DNA of 64,000 nt from Thecamonas trahens ATCC 50062 (lineage: Eukaryota; Protista; Apusomonadida). The stretch lies in assembly GCF_000142905.1 (NCBI RefSeq), contig NW_013657673.1:434001-498000 (forward strand), given 5' to 3'. Both the position numbers and the translations under genes were made by a program. Numbering within the stretch: the first letter of the stretch is position 1; each line of letters starts with the position of its first letter. Shown here piece after piece: positions 13,301 to 25,950 of this stretch. Under the pieces are notes generated by a model. It was not told where the DNA came from. It was given only the letters and a program-made list of their open reading frames with translations, and ran no database searches.

Positions 13301-16300
13301 TCAGTGAGGCGGTCGACGGTGCGGGAAGCGGAGGAAGAGAGCATCGAGCCGCGCTCCATGACTTGCTTCTCGAACCGGTTGAGAAGCGGCGGAGCGAGGC
13401 GGGTGTAGGCCTCGTGCTTGTCGACGACGACGACGATGCGGAACGTGGGATCAATGGGGCAGAGTCGCGAGTGGGTGCCAAAGGCGAGGCGGACAAAGAG
13501 CTGGCCGCCATACTCGCAGTAGTGCTGGTTGAGCAAGTCGTAGAGCGACTCGTAGAGCGACTCGCAGTGGACAAGGACAACAGTGACACCCTCGGCCATG
13601 CAGTTCTTGACGCGCTGGATGTTGAGGCAGACCTGTAGATCGGTCTGGTCGAGCGGAAAGTCAGAACCAAAAATGACCTGGGTGTTGTCGAGGGTGAGGA
13701 GACCCGAATCAAAGACCAGGCCAAGCGCTGCGTTGTTCTTGGTGAGAAGCATGAGGTGGCGGGCTTCGATCTGAGCCAGGTTCTGCGCCACCAGCTGCGT
13801 CACAGACAGCGGCGGTGCGCGCTCGAGCGGCAGGCCGATGGTGCGGAAAAAGGTGGCGAGGACTGCCTTGGTCTCGGCTGGCCGGCCGCCAAAGTTACGG
13901 AGGACAGCCTCTGCGAGGAGGGCAGGATCAAGCGAGCTTGCCGTGCAGTCGACGTTGAGGGCGCGGTTGATGTGGCGGACGGTGGAGTAAAACTCGCGGA
14001 GGCCCCAAAAGTCCGGCAGCTGCTGGTTGGCGTAGGTGGTCGAGTACGCTTCGGCAAGGGAGCCGAGGTAGCCCTTGAGGTTGGCCGACGCCACCATGCC
14101 CTCGGCAGTGATCGAGAGGTCATCAACGGTCGGGGCAGGCCGGTAGAGATGGACGGCACGGTTCATCTTGGCCGGGTCGAGGGCCCAGTTGGAGATTCCG
14201 ACCACGGCCTCGCCGGCCGAGCCCTCGTCGAGCACCTTGTGAAGGACCTTGAGAGGGAGGTGCGGCGACTGCTCGGCGAGGCCAACCTCGTCCAGGAGAA
14301 CAACAACAACGGTGTTGGGTGCCTCGCGCTTGTAGCGGCGCGCGGTTTCAAAGGCAGCCTCGATGCCGTCCGAGGTCGAAAGTGGCGAGCATTGGTAGGA
14401 GAAGACCTCCACAGCCGGCAGCGAGCGGAGGAAGGCGTTTTCCGATGCGTCGCCGTTGAGGTTGGCCTGGACAAGCTCCATGGCGAGCGACTTGGACGAA
14501 CCCGGCTTGCCGACGACAAAGATGGGGATCGAGTTGAGGACAGAGACCAGGATCATGAACAGGTTCTCGCACAGGGCCTCATTGAGAGCGATGCCATCGC
14601 CGAGCTTCATGTGCGAGACAAAGGCTCGCTGGGTCTCATCGAGGACCGTGGCAAAGGCGTTGGCATCGAGCTTGAGCCACTTGGCCTGGGCGTGCTGCTG
14701 GCGAGCATACCAGTGAGCGGTAAAGTCCCAGCCGTCGAGGAGCGAGAAGCCACCGCCGCCGCGGTTGCGGCGGTTGCGGCGGCTATGGCTGCGCGCATTC
14801 CGAGCCGACTGGGCCGCGACCTGCAGCGAGTACCACGCGTCCGAGACGGTAGCGCGGTATTCGCGGCGATGGGCACGTCCGAGACGGGCGTGGTAGCAGT
14901 ACGCGAGCGAGAGAATGACGGCCTTGCGGATGGCCTTGCGTGCTGGCTTCTGGACCGAGAAAAACTCCTCGAGATCCCAGCCGTCTGCTGATCGGCTAAA
15001 GTGCTCGCCGAACCAGCGGTAGACTTTGACACAGCGGGCAACGTCGCGGAGCGAGACGGTGGAGCGCTCGCCGCCGGCGACGGCGCGCACAAACTCTTGC
15101 GAGGCGCAGATGAGCTCGGCAAAGACCTCGACAAACTCACCAAAAGGAGTAAGCTTTGGTGCCATAAAGGCGTAGCGGGCCTGCTCCTCGGCGGCGGGCC
15201 CATCGCCAAGCTGGGCGCGCATCAGCGCCTCGGCTTCCTCCTCGTTGAGGTTCTCCTGCTCCTGTACCATCTGCATCATCTCGGGCGTGACGTACACGCC
15301 AATGTTTCGGAGAAGAACAGCCTTGATGTACAGCCGCTCGGTGTCTGCTGAGAGGGCGCCAAAGTCGAACACATGGTCGACCATCGACTCGGGCAGCGGG
15401 TGGACCCGATAGACGAGGTTGGCGAGTGGATCGTGGATGCCAGTCCCAATGTTGTCGTCGTTGGGCCCAAACTCGGTTGCCGGCGCCTCGTAGACGAGAC
15501 CGGCGGCGGCGGCGTCGTCGATGTCGGCGGCGGTCTTGAGGCGGTATGGATTGCAGGCGGCAATGATCTTGATCGAGGCCGGGAGCGTGACGCCATCCAT
15601 CGAGTGGTCGCACACAAGCTCCTTGAACAGACCCATGCAGTTGCAGGTGTTGACTTCGTCGAAAAAGACGACAATGCGGTCGGTGGGCGAGACGAGGTCT
15701 GCAGCCTCGGCGAGCCGGTCGTGCATCCACGAGCAGATGGCTGGCGCATCCATGCCGCCGTGGATGTTGAGGATGCGAAGGCGGTAGCCGAGGATGGCGC
15801 AGAGCTGCTTGATGAGCGACGACTTGCCGCACCCGGTCTCGCCCGAGATGACAACCGGGAGGCCGTACTTGAGGCGGAGGAGGATAGAGAGCATCTTGAG
15901 CAAGTTGTCAACAGTGATGACGTACGACGGGTTAATGGGTTCCGACGTTGCGCCAGCCCATCCGTCTACTTTGCGCAGCAGTTCGATGGCGGCCTCGTTG
16001 GTGAGCTTCTTCCAGTCCTTGGCAAAGTCGAGGCCGTTGTGGGAGAGTGCTTGCTGGAGAGCATGCTCGAAAAAGGTGTGGGTAAACTCGGGGTTGAGCG
16101 AGAGAATGTCGAGTCCGGAGACCTCCATCGAGTGGGCCGACTGGTAGAAGAGAACGAGCGGGTGATCCGAAGTTTCCCACGAGGTCATGCGCGAAAAGCG
16201 AGCAGCAGCGCGCTCGGCGTCGGCGGCTGTGGGCGAGGTCGGGTTGGCCGGCGGCGGTCCGACGGGCGATGCTGACGAGGACGTGGCCGGCGCGGCGTCG

Positions 16301-19300
16301 TCATTGTCGGGAAAGGCGATGCGGCCGGGGACGGCGGCGTCGCCGCCAACAGGCGTCGGCACGTTGTAGCCAATGACCTCGACTTGGGGGACGGAGCGGA
16401 GCGAAAAGTCCTTGGAGGTCTCGATGAGGAGCGACATAAAGACGTGCTTAAGGCGCTCAAGGCCCTGGGTCGACTGAAGTACAGCCGAGGAGAAGACGGC
16501 GTAGTTGGTGAGGCGGAGGAACTGCTGGTACATAAACTTGACAAAGTTGGCAAAGATGAGGAACGACGGGCGCTGGTCGGTGATGCAGAACTGGACAAGG
16601 AGGCCGAAGGCCTCTTCGGGCGTCGGATCCGGATCCAGCCATGGGTTGTACTCGGGATCAAAGCCGTCGCCGGGCTCAAACTTGCCCGCGAGGTAGCTGC
16701 GAAGCATTTTGCACACAAAGACAAGCTCGTCGTTGACCGGGCAGGCGATGCGGGTGGCGGCGTTGTTGACAAAGATCGGGCTCCGGAGGTCGACCGAGCG
16801 CACTTTGAGATGAACTGAGGGGAGGAATGAGCAGAAGCGGAGCGAAAGCGCGGTCTTGTTGCCGACCGAGTTGGGGATCTCGAGATAAAAGGCGTCACCG
16901 GGCCGACGGTGGTAGACACGGCAGGAGCTAGTGTCACGGAGGACGCCGACAAGCAGGAGCTGGAAGAGGAGGGTGTTGGCCGACGGCGGAATGATGTGGC
17001 CGATGTCGAGGTGGAATGCGTAGGGGACCACGTCCGGAAGGGAGGTGAGAGTGTCGAGGAGGGTGGCGACCGAGGTCGACTCGCGGAAGGCGAGCTTGCG
17101 GTAGCGGAGCTCGGGGTTGTCGTACTTTTGCGCCTGTGCGATGAGCGAGAGGATGTGATGGCTCTTGCCGCCGCCGTTGATCTCGGACGTGACTGCGAGC
17201 GTGTGCGTGTGCGAGCCAGGAGCGGCGAGCGCGTCGGCGCAGACCCGACGAAGTTCGACCTCGTCGAGCGGCTGCAGGGCGACGAGCTGCGATGAGAGCG
17301 AAGTGAGGATGACCTGGCGCGGGGCCCCCGAGACAAACAGGAGCGACGCCGCGTTGTCTGTCCCGTACTCGGCGAGGAGTGAGTGGAGCGCGTCGACGAT
17401 GGCGCATTGGAGCGTGTACGAGAGTGCGTGGATGTCGGCCAATGTGTAGAGTGCCGAGGCGCGGCCGTGGGCGGCGGCGGCCACAAATCGACGCAGGAGG
17501 AGCGTGACGTCCTCGAGCCGGGTGGTACTCGTGCAGAAGATGATCTCGTCGGGCTCGGGGAGCCGTCCGCGGCGCGCGTAGACCGAGAGCACCACGTCGA
17601 TGACGCGAGACGGCGAGTCTGCGGTGGCCACCCAGACTGGGAGCGTCCGCGACTCGGCGGCCTTGACCAGCATGTCGGCGCGATGCTCAACGGTGGCGTC
17701 GGGCGGCGGGATGGTGCGGAAGGAGACCGACGCCGAGCCGAAGATGTCTGTGAGGATGGCACCTAGAGCCGAGAGCTTGTCTGCCGGGGTGGCATCCACC
17801 ATGGCCGGTGTCCACGAGGCGTACGCGGCGGCGACGGCGGAGGCGTCGACAGAAGATGCCACCAGATGCATCATCGAGGTAAAGGCGTCGAGCGGCGACG
17901 CGGCTGAGCAAGATGCGAGAAGGAGGAGCTCGTCGTCGTCGTCGGCTGCGGCGCGAGCGCTGGTGGTGCCAAAGGCGGCGGCAGCAAGTGCCGCCGCGCC
18001 GTCCTGCGGCCCGCACCCAGGCGGCGCCGGGCCCGAACAAATGGAGCAGGTCGAGGCAGTTGGTGCGTTGTGAAAAGTGCACATAGGGCAGGGCCACTCG
18101 CCCGAAGGCAGCAGCGTCTGCGACTTGTCGCTTGTACTGAGGGACGATGGCGGCGGCAGCGCCGGTGCCGCGGTGGCTTCCACAGATGCAGCCGCGGGTT
18201 CCGGGGCGTGCTGGGCCGAGAGCAACTCGTTGAGGACCTGAATCTCGCGCATGGAAAAGTAGTTGAGGAAAAGTACGAGTCGCGCGCGGTCTTGACCGTC
18301 ACCTTCCACTCGGCGATGTGCTGATCGAGCGAGGCGCGCAGAGCGTCGAGCTTGGCGCTTCCGGTCTCGACGTTGAACGGAAGGCGGAGCTCGTAGCCGC
18401 CCTGGAAGGCAAAGTGGCCCGAGGACGAGAGGGTGATGAGGGCTGCGCGGATCTCGAGCAAGGTCTCGAGCTGGAGGACGTAGGCTTCGACAACGGCCTC
18501 GACATCCATGGCAGCGCGGAGCTCCGAGTCGTCGGGAATCTCGGTCATCATGAGTTTGGAGCGGAGGTCAATGAGAAACTCCAGCGGGTGGCTCTCGGGC
18601 TCGCTGGTCGGGTCGTCGTCATCAGAGGCGAGGACGAGGGTGAGGACGTCGTCCTCTGCAGCGGCGGCGGTAAAGACAAAGGTGCCACGGGTGAGCATGT
18701 CGCGGAGCGAGTAGATCGACTTGATGCCTGGCGAGCGAGTCCGCTTCTCAAAGACGTTCATGAGCCCGTCGAATGAGGCCTGGATGTTGAGCAAGTGCTC
18801 GTGGTCGTCGCGAGAGATCTCGAGGGCGCGGAACTTGGCGAGAAAGGCGTCGGCGGACGCGTAGGTGGTCTGTCGGTAGAGGAGCGGAATGAGCTTAGTC
18901 CGAATGTGGACAAGCGAGGCGATGGACGAGAGGACTCGGGCATCGTCGGTGCACGGCCGACAGACCTGTAGCAAGCGGTTGAACTCGTCGGTGTCTGCGT
19001 GGTCGAGAAGCCATTCGGCGAGCGGGGCGGCGTCGGCGAGCACGCCGAGGAATGTCAGCTGGTTGCTTGAGTACGGCGCAAACAAGTCCCGGACGTGAGC
19101 CACGAGCGCTGGCAGCGACCCGAGGGTCTGCGAGGACCAGCGCGAGCGGATGGCAACAAGGTGTGACGTGAGCTGAACCACGAGCGGGTCAGCCTCGTAC
19201 TCGGTGGCAACCAGCGGCGCGACAAGGCGGCAGACTTGCAGAGTGGCTGGGATCCAGGTGGTGAGCCGGAGGAGGAGCGAGTAGTCGGCGAGCATCGGGT

Positions 19301-22300
19301 AGACAGCGTCGGCCCACGAGCCCGCCTGGGCTGACGACGCCGCGGTCGAGTTTGCACTTGTCGAGGCGGCGAGCAAGTCGAGCTCACGTCGGTACGCCGG
19401 TGCATCGGCCGCCGGCGGAAGAGTGCCAAACGTCTCGCCGAGGCGGGTGACCGAGATCGAGGCGGTGGCGACGGAGGCGGCGAGCTCGGCCCATGCGCTC
19501 TGGGCGGCCGGAATGAGCTCAGCAAGGACGTCGTCCTGGGAAAGAACTATTTCAGTCAGTTCGACGTCGTCGTCGAGGGCGGCAGCGGCGGCGGCGGCGC
19601 TGGTCTCGTTATCGACATCGCCAGCCTCATCGTCAGATGAGAACGAGGAGACTCCGTGATCAAACGACGACGAGGCAGCGAGGGCGGCAGCGCGGAGAGA
19701 GGCTGAGAGCGAGGCGCCGGTTTGCTTCCAGATGGTGAAAAGAGGTCCGAGTTGCGAAGTGAGTACAGCCAGGGTACATGTGGCATGCACGGCAAGTCGC
19801 TCAGCGGGCGGTCGCGGATGTAGGCGAGGGTGAGCGAGTCAAAGCGGTCGCGAAGAGAGTCAGTCTGTGCGCGGAGCTGCGAGGCGTCAATGCGGACGCC
19901 GGCCGAGTTGCAGTAGAAGGAGATGAAGCACTGCAGCTGCTCGAGAGCCGCTTCAAAGTGGGCAAGCGGGGCAGCGGCATCGGAGAGAGTGTCGGCCGAG
20001 ATGGCACCGGCGCCGGCGTCCAGAACGGCGCACATGTCAAGAAAGGCGGTGTGGGCCTCAATAGCAACGCGAAGAGTGGCGAGCGAGATGGCACCGGATA
20101 CGAGCGAGGCGGCGGTGGTGTGAACGGTCGAGGCGGCGGCATCAAGGAGAGCGGCAAGGTGCGAGTCTGGTGGCGGGTGTCGAATCCAGCGAAAGACCTC
20201 GAGCCAGAGCGGAGCAAAGTTGAGGACGGCGACAAGCGATGGGCTCGCCGACGCGATGGCAACAAGGAGCGAGTGGAGAAGCGCGTGGGCGAGGAGCGAG
20301 GACGGCGAGAGGTTGTCGCGAATGAGGCCAACGATGGCCATGAGCTCGTCGAGCGGGCGCGAGGTGGCTGCCGAGGTGACGACGTTGGAGGCGTGGTCTA
20401 GGAGCCAGGCAGCAAGCGGTGGAGAGTAGGCGTCAAACGCGATGGCGCAGAGGGCCGGGAGAACCGCGGCTGGCTCGCCGCGGAAAAAGTGGCAGCGGCC
20501 AAGCTCAAACAGAGTGGCCTGAACGCGATGGATGCCAAAGTAGGGAATGGCGAGCAAAGCGTTGGCGGCATCGAGGCCGTCGCGCGTCGCGGCAAGACGG
20601 GCAGCTGCAATCTGCTGTGGTGTGGGCTTTTTCTTGCGACGGGCGCGCGAGGAAAAGGCGTACTGAAAGCCCCATGTGGAACCGGTGAGTGGCCTGTCGT
20701 CGTCGTCCGAATCGTCGTCCGAGTCGGTGTCCGACTGGGCGTGTGAGCGGCGGAACCAGTCCTTGGCTGCGGCGTTGAGGGCGGCAACAAGCTCGAGGCC
20801 CGGAGCTGCGGCGTCGCGCTCAGCCTGCGGCGCGTCGGGCGAGACCGGCGGCGGCGGCTGGTAGTCGGCGAGGCAGAGGGCGACAAAGTCGAGGACGGCG
20901 CCCTGAAACGCATCAGCCTCGGCGTTGTTGAGCATGGCGGCGGCAACAGCCGGCGAGGCAAGAGATGGGACGCGGGCGACAAGGCCGGCAAGGACTCCGA
21001 TGTCGGCTTCCTTGGCCCAGTACAGCTGCTGGACTTTGGTTGCAAAGGCAGCGACGAGGGCCGGGGCAAAAGCGGCAAAGTCGTCGTCGAAGAGTGCGTC
21101 AAGGGCGGCAACACTCGGGGCGTGAGCGACGAGGCCGCGGTGCCAAGCGGCGGCGAGGGCGGCGAGCGGCGGCTCGCCCTCAAAGACGGTGCCGGCCGTG
21201 AGCATGGCCTGCAGATCGCCGAGCGCCGACGCGGCGAGGCCACGGACGGTGGCGGCGGCGTCAAGAAAGTCGGGCATCGACTTTGAGGCGTTCTTGATGC
21301 GAATGGTCGGATGGACGCTGTGCTTGTCAAACAGTGGGGTGGCCTTGAGCCAGTCGTAGGAGCCGACGCCCGCGGCGCGCTCGGCAGCCTCTGCAACGCC
21401 GACGACGGCCCAGCGGCCGTGGCGACCAAAGTGGGCGAGGTCAAAGCCCGCGGCAGCGGCAATGTCGACGCCGTTGAGCATGTGCCAGCACCAGGGTGAT
21501 GGATCTGGGACGCGGCGTTTGCGTGCAGCGCGCGCGGCCGGCACGGGGACGGCGCGGCCGTTGACAGCCTGGTAGGTGATACCAGAGGCGCCAGCGCCGG
21601 CCGTGCGCCATGGATCGCGCGACGAGAGGCCATACGAGCCGACAATGGCGGCGAGGACAAGTGAGAGGCCGGTCTCAACGCCGGTCTCGCCACCGGCTTC
21701 CTGCAGCCGCGCCAGAGCCTTGTTGATCACGCCCTCGGCCTGGGCCCGCGATGAGCGGAACGAGAGTTTGAGATCAAAGACCCGCTCGAGGAGATCGGCA
21801 ACTTCGAGGCCGCCATTGAAAAAAGCATCAAGATCAAGGGTCATAAAGGTGACCACCTCGCCAGAGATGCGCTTGTAGGCGGCAAAGCGGCGGTTGCGAT
21901 AGTCGCGACGAAAGGCATCGAACCAGTGATTGCGGATGGTATCTGGCGCCCGATTGGCGCCGCCCTCCATATCCACCGAGTTGGTCGACGTAGACTCGAT
22001 GGCGTACTTGTACTGAAAGACGCCGCGGAACTTTTTGTGCCCGATCTTGTACGGCTGAGATTGGGGGGGGGGGGAGGGGCGGAAAAGGAACATGGGCTCG
22101 ATGTGGCAGGTGCCGGAGGAAGACAATGATGACAATGATGATAGCTGGGGAATGCTGATTGGGGAATGATCGGAGAGGGGGAGCACGGAGAGGACGAAGA
22201 GTAGGCAGGGGCAGGGGCAGGGGCGAGGGGGGGGGGGAGGGGGAGGGAGGTCGACATACCAGGAGGACTTGTAGGTCCCATACCGACGGGTCCGACTCGC

Positions 22301-22466
22301 TTTGAATCATGGGCAGGCCATGCTGCCACTCACCCAGCTCGGGAATGGAGCCACGGAGGGTGACGATGTCGGTGGGTCGCAGTACTGTGGTGTCGACCAC
22401 AACATGGAAGGTGACGAGGGTCTCGGGAGGTGGGGTTGCTGCCGCTGCTGCTGCTGCTGCTGCCAT
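7342..22466 (-). CDS. RNF213: RNF213/mysterin-like giant AAA+ ATPase and E3 ubiquitin ligase (~4,970 aa; one intron, two homopolymer frameshifts)
   Basis: CBM20-like N-terminus (VTFHV...LRGSIPELGEW...FQYKY) across intron 22055-22259. Frames join at 19738-19741 (SDLF|FTIW) and 18269-18272 (YF|FLNYFS). Walker A motifs GGGKS, GETGCGKS, GKPGSSKS; Walker B FFDEVN and LLDEVGLAE; PLKVLH, ISNWALDPAKMNR, PPLLNRFEKQ. RING-like region at ~11020-11172; RZ finger CPNGH...CGRP...CAEC...IGGESH at ~9405-9515. Confidence 0.93.
22055..22259 (-). other. spliceosomal intron of the RNF213-like gene
   Basis: Donor CTG|GTATGT, C-rich tract, acceptor TCTCAG|CCG. A phase-0 join gives QVLL|PYKIGHKKFRGVFQYKY. Confidence 0.8.
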
Positions 22467-22645
22467 GCCTGTGAGCAGAAGCAGGAGAAGAAGCGAGACC
22501 GGTGTGACCAGCAGAGGTCTTTTGGGCGACGCTGTCACTGATCGGGGCGATCGGCAGAGGCCGGGGATATAGAGGGATGGGGAGAGTGGAGGGATGGGGG
22601 GGGAGAGAGGAGAGAGAGATGGAGGGAATGAAGAAGGGAGGGAGG

Positions 22646-22745
22646 NNNNNNNNNNNNNNNNNNNNNNNNNNNNNNNNNNNNNNNNNNNNNNNNNNNNNNN
22701 NNNNNNNNNNNNNNNNNNNNNNNNNNNNNNNNNNNNNNNNNNNNN
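22646..22745. other. assembly gap (100 N)
   Basis: Run of N between purine/G-rich tracts. Confidence 1.
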
Positions 22746-22977
22746 GGGGGGGGGGGGTGGTTATCGTGGTGGTGGTGGTGGTGGTGGTGGTGGTGGCCTC
22801 TGGCCGGCCGTTTCTTTCCTTCCATTGCGACCTGTCGTGTCGGGAGGGTCGGGAGGGGGGGGGGGGGCAGAAAAGGGTCAAGAAGGACTCAGGAGAGAGA
22901 ACATGGTTCGAAGGGGGGAGAGGAGGGGGGGGGAAGGGGGGACTTACCTACTACATATGGGCCAAGTGGGGTTGTAG

Positions 22978-25950
22978 GAGCGTCAGAACCGCACCATGTA
23001 CGTGCTGGGCAAGGAGGCCATGACCCGGATGGCCACGTCGTCAATCCTGCTCTCGGGCGTGTCGGGCCTCGGAGCGGAGATCGCCAAGAATATCGTGCTG
23101 ACAGGCGTCAAGTCGTTTACTCTCCACGATACGGCGGATGTTACCCACGTCGACCTCGCCACCCAGTTCTTTGCTACTGAAGGTGACATCGGCGCCAATC
23201 GCGCCGAGGTGACAGCGCCGCGGCTTGCGGAGCTCAACCCGTCGGTGGCGGTGACAGCCGACACAAGCCTCGATCTGGCAGCGGGCGATTTGTCGGGCCT
23301 TGCGCAGTACAACTGCGTCATCCTGGTTGACGCGCCGCTGGCGGTGCAGACCAGGGTCTCTGCCGCGTGCCACGACGCCGGAGTGGTGTTCATTGCCACC
23401 GAGCTCCGCGGCATCGCGTCGTGGGTCTTTGTGGACGCCGGCGAGGCGTTTGAAGTTACCGACCGTGACGGCGAGCCGTGTGCGTCGGTCATGATTTCTG
23501 ACATCTCCTCGGCCGAGGCTGGCGTTGTCACCGCGCTCGAGAACCGCCACGGCTTGCAGGACGGGCAGACCGTCGTGTTCTCCGAGGTCCGCGGCATGGA
23601 GGCGCTCAACGGAACCCGGCACGTGGTCACCGTCCGCGACGCCAAGACCTTTACCATCGGCGACACCCGCGAGCTCGGAACGTACGAGTCGGGCGGCATC
23701 GCCAACGAGGTCAAGATTCCGGTGACAGTCTCGTCGCTCCCGCTTGGCGACGCGCTCGCCGCCGAGCACCCTGCCGTCTCGCCGGCTGACTACGGCAAGC
23801 TGGACCGGCTAGGCTCGTTTGTGGTCGGCCTCCGCGCGCTGCATGCCTTTGCCGCCGCACACGACGGCGCCATGCCTCAGGTCTGGCACGCCGGCGACGC
23901 CGACGAGCTCGTCGCAACTGCCCGCGAGCTTGCCGGTGACGACGCCGAGCTCGACGTCGACTACCTGCGGGCGTTGGCGTACACAGCGCGCGGCGCCCTC
24001 TCGCCGCTCTCCGAGTTTATGGGTGGCTTTGTGGCACAGGAAGGCCTCAAGGCGCTCTCGCACAAGTTCACCCCGCTCAACCAGTTCCTCTTTATGGACG
24101 CCACCGAGGTTGTCCCGCCGCTCGACGCCGAGCCGGCTCGGTTTGCGCCGGCAGACGACCGGTATGACGGCCTTCGCATCTGCGTCGGCAACGAGCTGGT
24201 AGAGAAGCTCGGTGAGAGCCGGCTGTTTATGGTTGGCGCCGGTGCCATTGGGTGCGAGATGCTCAAGAACTTTGCGCTGCTCGGCGTGGGGCGAAGCGGC
24301 GAGGGCGCGGTCATTGTCACCGACAACGACGTCATCGAGACGTCGAACCTCTCGCGGCAGTTCCTGTTCCGGGCCAAGGACGTGACCCGGCCCAAGTCCG
24401 AGGTGGCGGCCGAGGCTGCGCAGGCCATCAACCCGGCGATGCGGGTCGAGGCGCGGCTGGATCGGGTCGGCAAGGAGAGCGAGGGCACGTACACCGACGA
24501 GTTTATCTCATCGCTCTCGGCGTGCGTCAATGCGTTGGACAACGTCGAGGCACGGCTGTACATGGACTCGCGGGCGGTGAACAACGCCCGCCCGCTCCTT
24601 GAGTCTGGCACACTCGGAACCAAGGGCCACGTCCAGGTCGTCGTCCCATTCCTGACCGAGTCGTACGCTTCGGCACGCGACCCGCCCGAGAAGGACGTCC
24701 CGTTCTGCACCATCAAGTCGTTCCCGTACAAGATCGACCACACCATCCAGTTTGCGCGTGACAAGTTTGCGCAGCTCTTCTACAACTGGCCCGGCGAGGT
24801 CAATAAGTTCTTTGCCTACGCCGACGGCCCGCTGGAGGAGCAGCTTGCCGAGCCTGAGGCCATTGCCCACGTCCTCGCCATGATCGATGAGGCGCCCACC
24901 ACCTGGGCCGAGTGTGTGGCCAAGGGCCGGCTCCTCTTCCAGCAGTTTTTCCACGACTCGATTGCGCAGCTCATCCACTCGTTCCCGCCGGAGCTCAAGC
25001 TCAAGGATGGGACGCCGTTCTGGTCGCTGCCGAAGCGGCTGCCGACGCCGGTGGTGTGGGACCCGAGCGAGGAGATGCACGTCAAGTTTGTGGCCCATGC
25101 CGCCAGGCTCTGGGCTAACGTGTGGGGCATCCCGGGTGCAGGCCACACTGATCTCGCCGCAGTCGCCGTTGTCGCCGACGCCGTCGACGTCCCGGCCTTT
25201 GTGCCCAAGGACAACGTCAAGATCGAGACCGACGAGAAGGCGGCCAAGCCCGTCAACGACGACGAGGCGCCGGTCGATGAGGGCCAGCTCGCGCAGGTCG
25301 TCGAGCGGGTCCGCGCCAAGCTCGCCGACGGCGTCACGCTGCAGCTCTCGGTCGAGGAGTTTGAGAAGGACGACGAGTCCAACTCGCACATCGACTTTAT
25401 CCAGTCCATGGCCAACCTCCGCGCCCGCGCCTACGCCATCGACGAGATCGACGTTCTCGAGGCCCGCCGCATCGCAGGCAAGATCATCCCGGCCATCTCG
25501 ACAACTACCGCCGCCGTCTCGGGCCTCGCCACCCTCGAGCTGCTCAAAGTCCTCATGGGCGCCGAGCTCGAGGCCTACCGCAACACCTTCCTCAACCTCG
25601 CCATCCCCATGGTGGCCCTCTCCGAGCCCGGTGCCGCGCCCAAGATCACCTTTACCGGCGACGTCACGTTCACCCTCTGGGACCGCTGGATCGTCTCCGC
25701 CGCCGACGCCCCCACCGTCAACGACTTTATCGCCCACTTTAAGGACAACTACGGCGCGACAGTGACCGGCATCTTTGTGGGCGCCAAGGCTCTCTACATG
25801 GCCGCCATGCCCACACACAAGAAGCGGCTTAAGAAGAAGCTCAAGGCTCTTGCCAAGCTTCCCGGCGCTGCCGAGCTCGATCTCATCGTTTCCTTTGTTG
25901 ACGACGCCGGCAACGAGCTCGAGGGACCGGTCATCAAGTATGTGTTGTGA
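22978..25950 (+). CDS. UBA6: ubiquitin-activating enzyme E1, UBA6-type (a 5' exon may be missing)
   Basis: YVLG...GLGAEIAKN, MVGAGAIGCEMLKN, SNLSRQFLFR and catalytic PFCTIKSFP...HTIQFARDKF. GTKGH, RDPP, LKDGxxFW and C-terminal MPTHKKRL / GPVIKY match UBA6 better than UBA1 as I recall them. An in-frame TAG at 22975-22977 looks like a splice acceptor; first ATG at 22996. Confidence 0.85.
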   Translation, partial: ERQNRTMYVLGKEAMTRMATSSILLSGVSGLGAEIAKNIVLTGVKSFTLHDTADVTHVDLATQFFATEGDIGANRAEVTAPRLAELNPSVAVTADTSLDLAAGDLSGLAQYNCVILVDAPLAVQTRVSAACHDAGVVFIATELRGIASWVFVDAGEAFEVTDRDGEPCASVMISDISSAEAGVVTALENRHGLQDGQTVVFSEVRGMEALNGTRHVVTVRDAKTFTIGDTRELGTYESGGIANEVKIPVTVSSLPLGDALAAEHPAVSPADYGKLDRLGSFVVGLRALHAFAAAHDGAMPQVWHAGDADELVATARELAGDDAELDVDYLRALAYTARGALSPLSEFMGGFVAQEGLKALSHKFTPLNQFLFMDATEVVPPLDAEPARFAPADDRYDGLRICVGNELVEKLGESRLFMVGAGAIGCEMLKNFALLGVGRSGEGAVIVTDNDVIETSNLSRQFLFRAKDVTRPKSEVAAEAAQAINPAMRVEARLDRVGKESEGTYTDEFISSLSACVNALDNVEARLYMDSRAVNNARPLLESGTLGTKGHVQVVVPFLTESYASARDPPEKDVPFCTIKSFPYKIDHTIQFARDKFAQLFYNWPGEVNKFFAYADGPLEEQLAEPEAIAHVLAMIDEAPTTWAECVAKGRLLFQQFFHDSIAQLIHSFPPELKLKDGTPFWSLPKRLPTPVVWDPSEEMHVKFVAHAARLWANVWGIPGAGHTDLAAVAVVADAVDVPAFVPKDNVKIETDEKAAKPVNDDEAPVDEGQLAQVVERVRAKLADGVTLQLSVEEFEKDDESNSHIDFIQSMANLRARAYAIDEIDVLEARRIAGKIIPAISTTTAAVSGLATLELLKVLMGAELEAYRNTFLNLAIPMVALSEPGAAPKITFTGDVTFTLWDRWIVSAADAPTVNDFIAHFKDNYGATVTGIFVGAKALYMAAMPTHKKRLKKKLKALAKLPGAAELDLIVSFVDDAGNELEGPVIKYVL

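Noticed and set aside
18269-19741. RNF213 as a pseudogene or as three separate genes
   Set aside because: Both breaks are single-base homopolymer shortfalls like ten others in the window; motifs are intact and there are no in-frame stops after repair.
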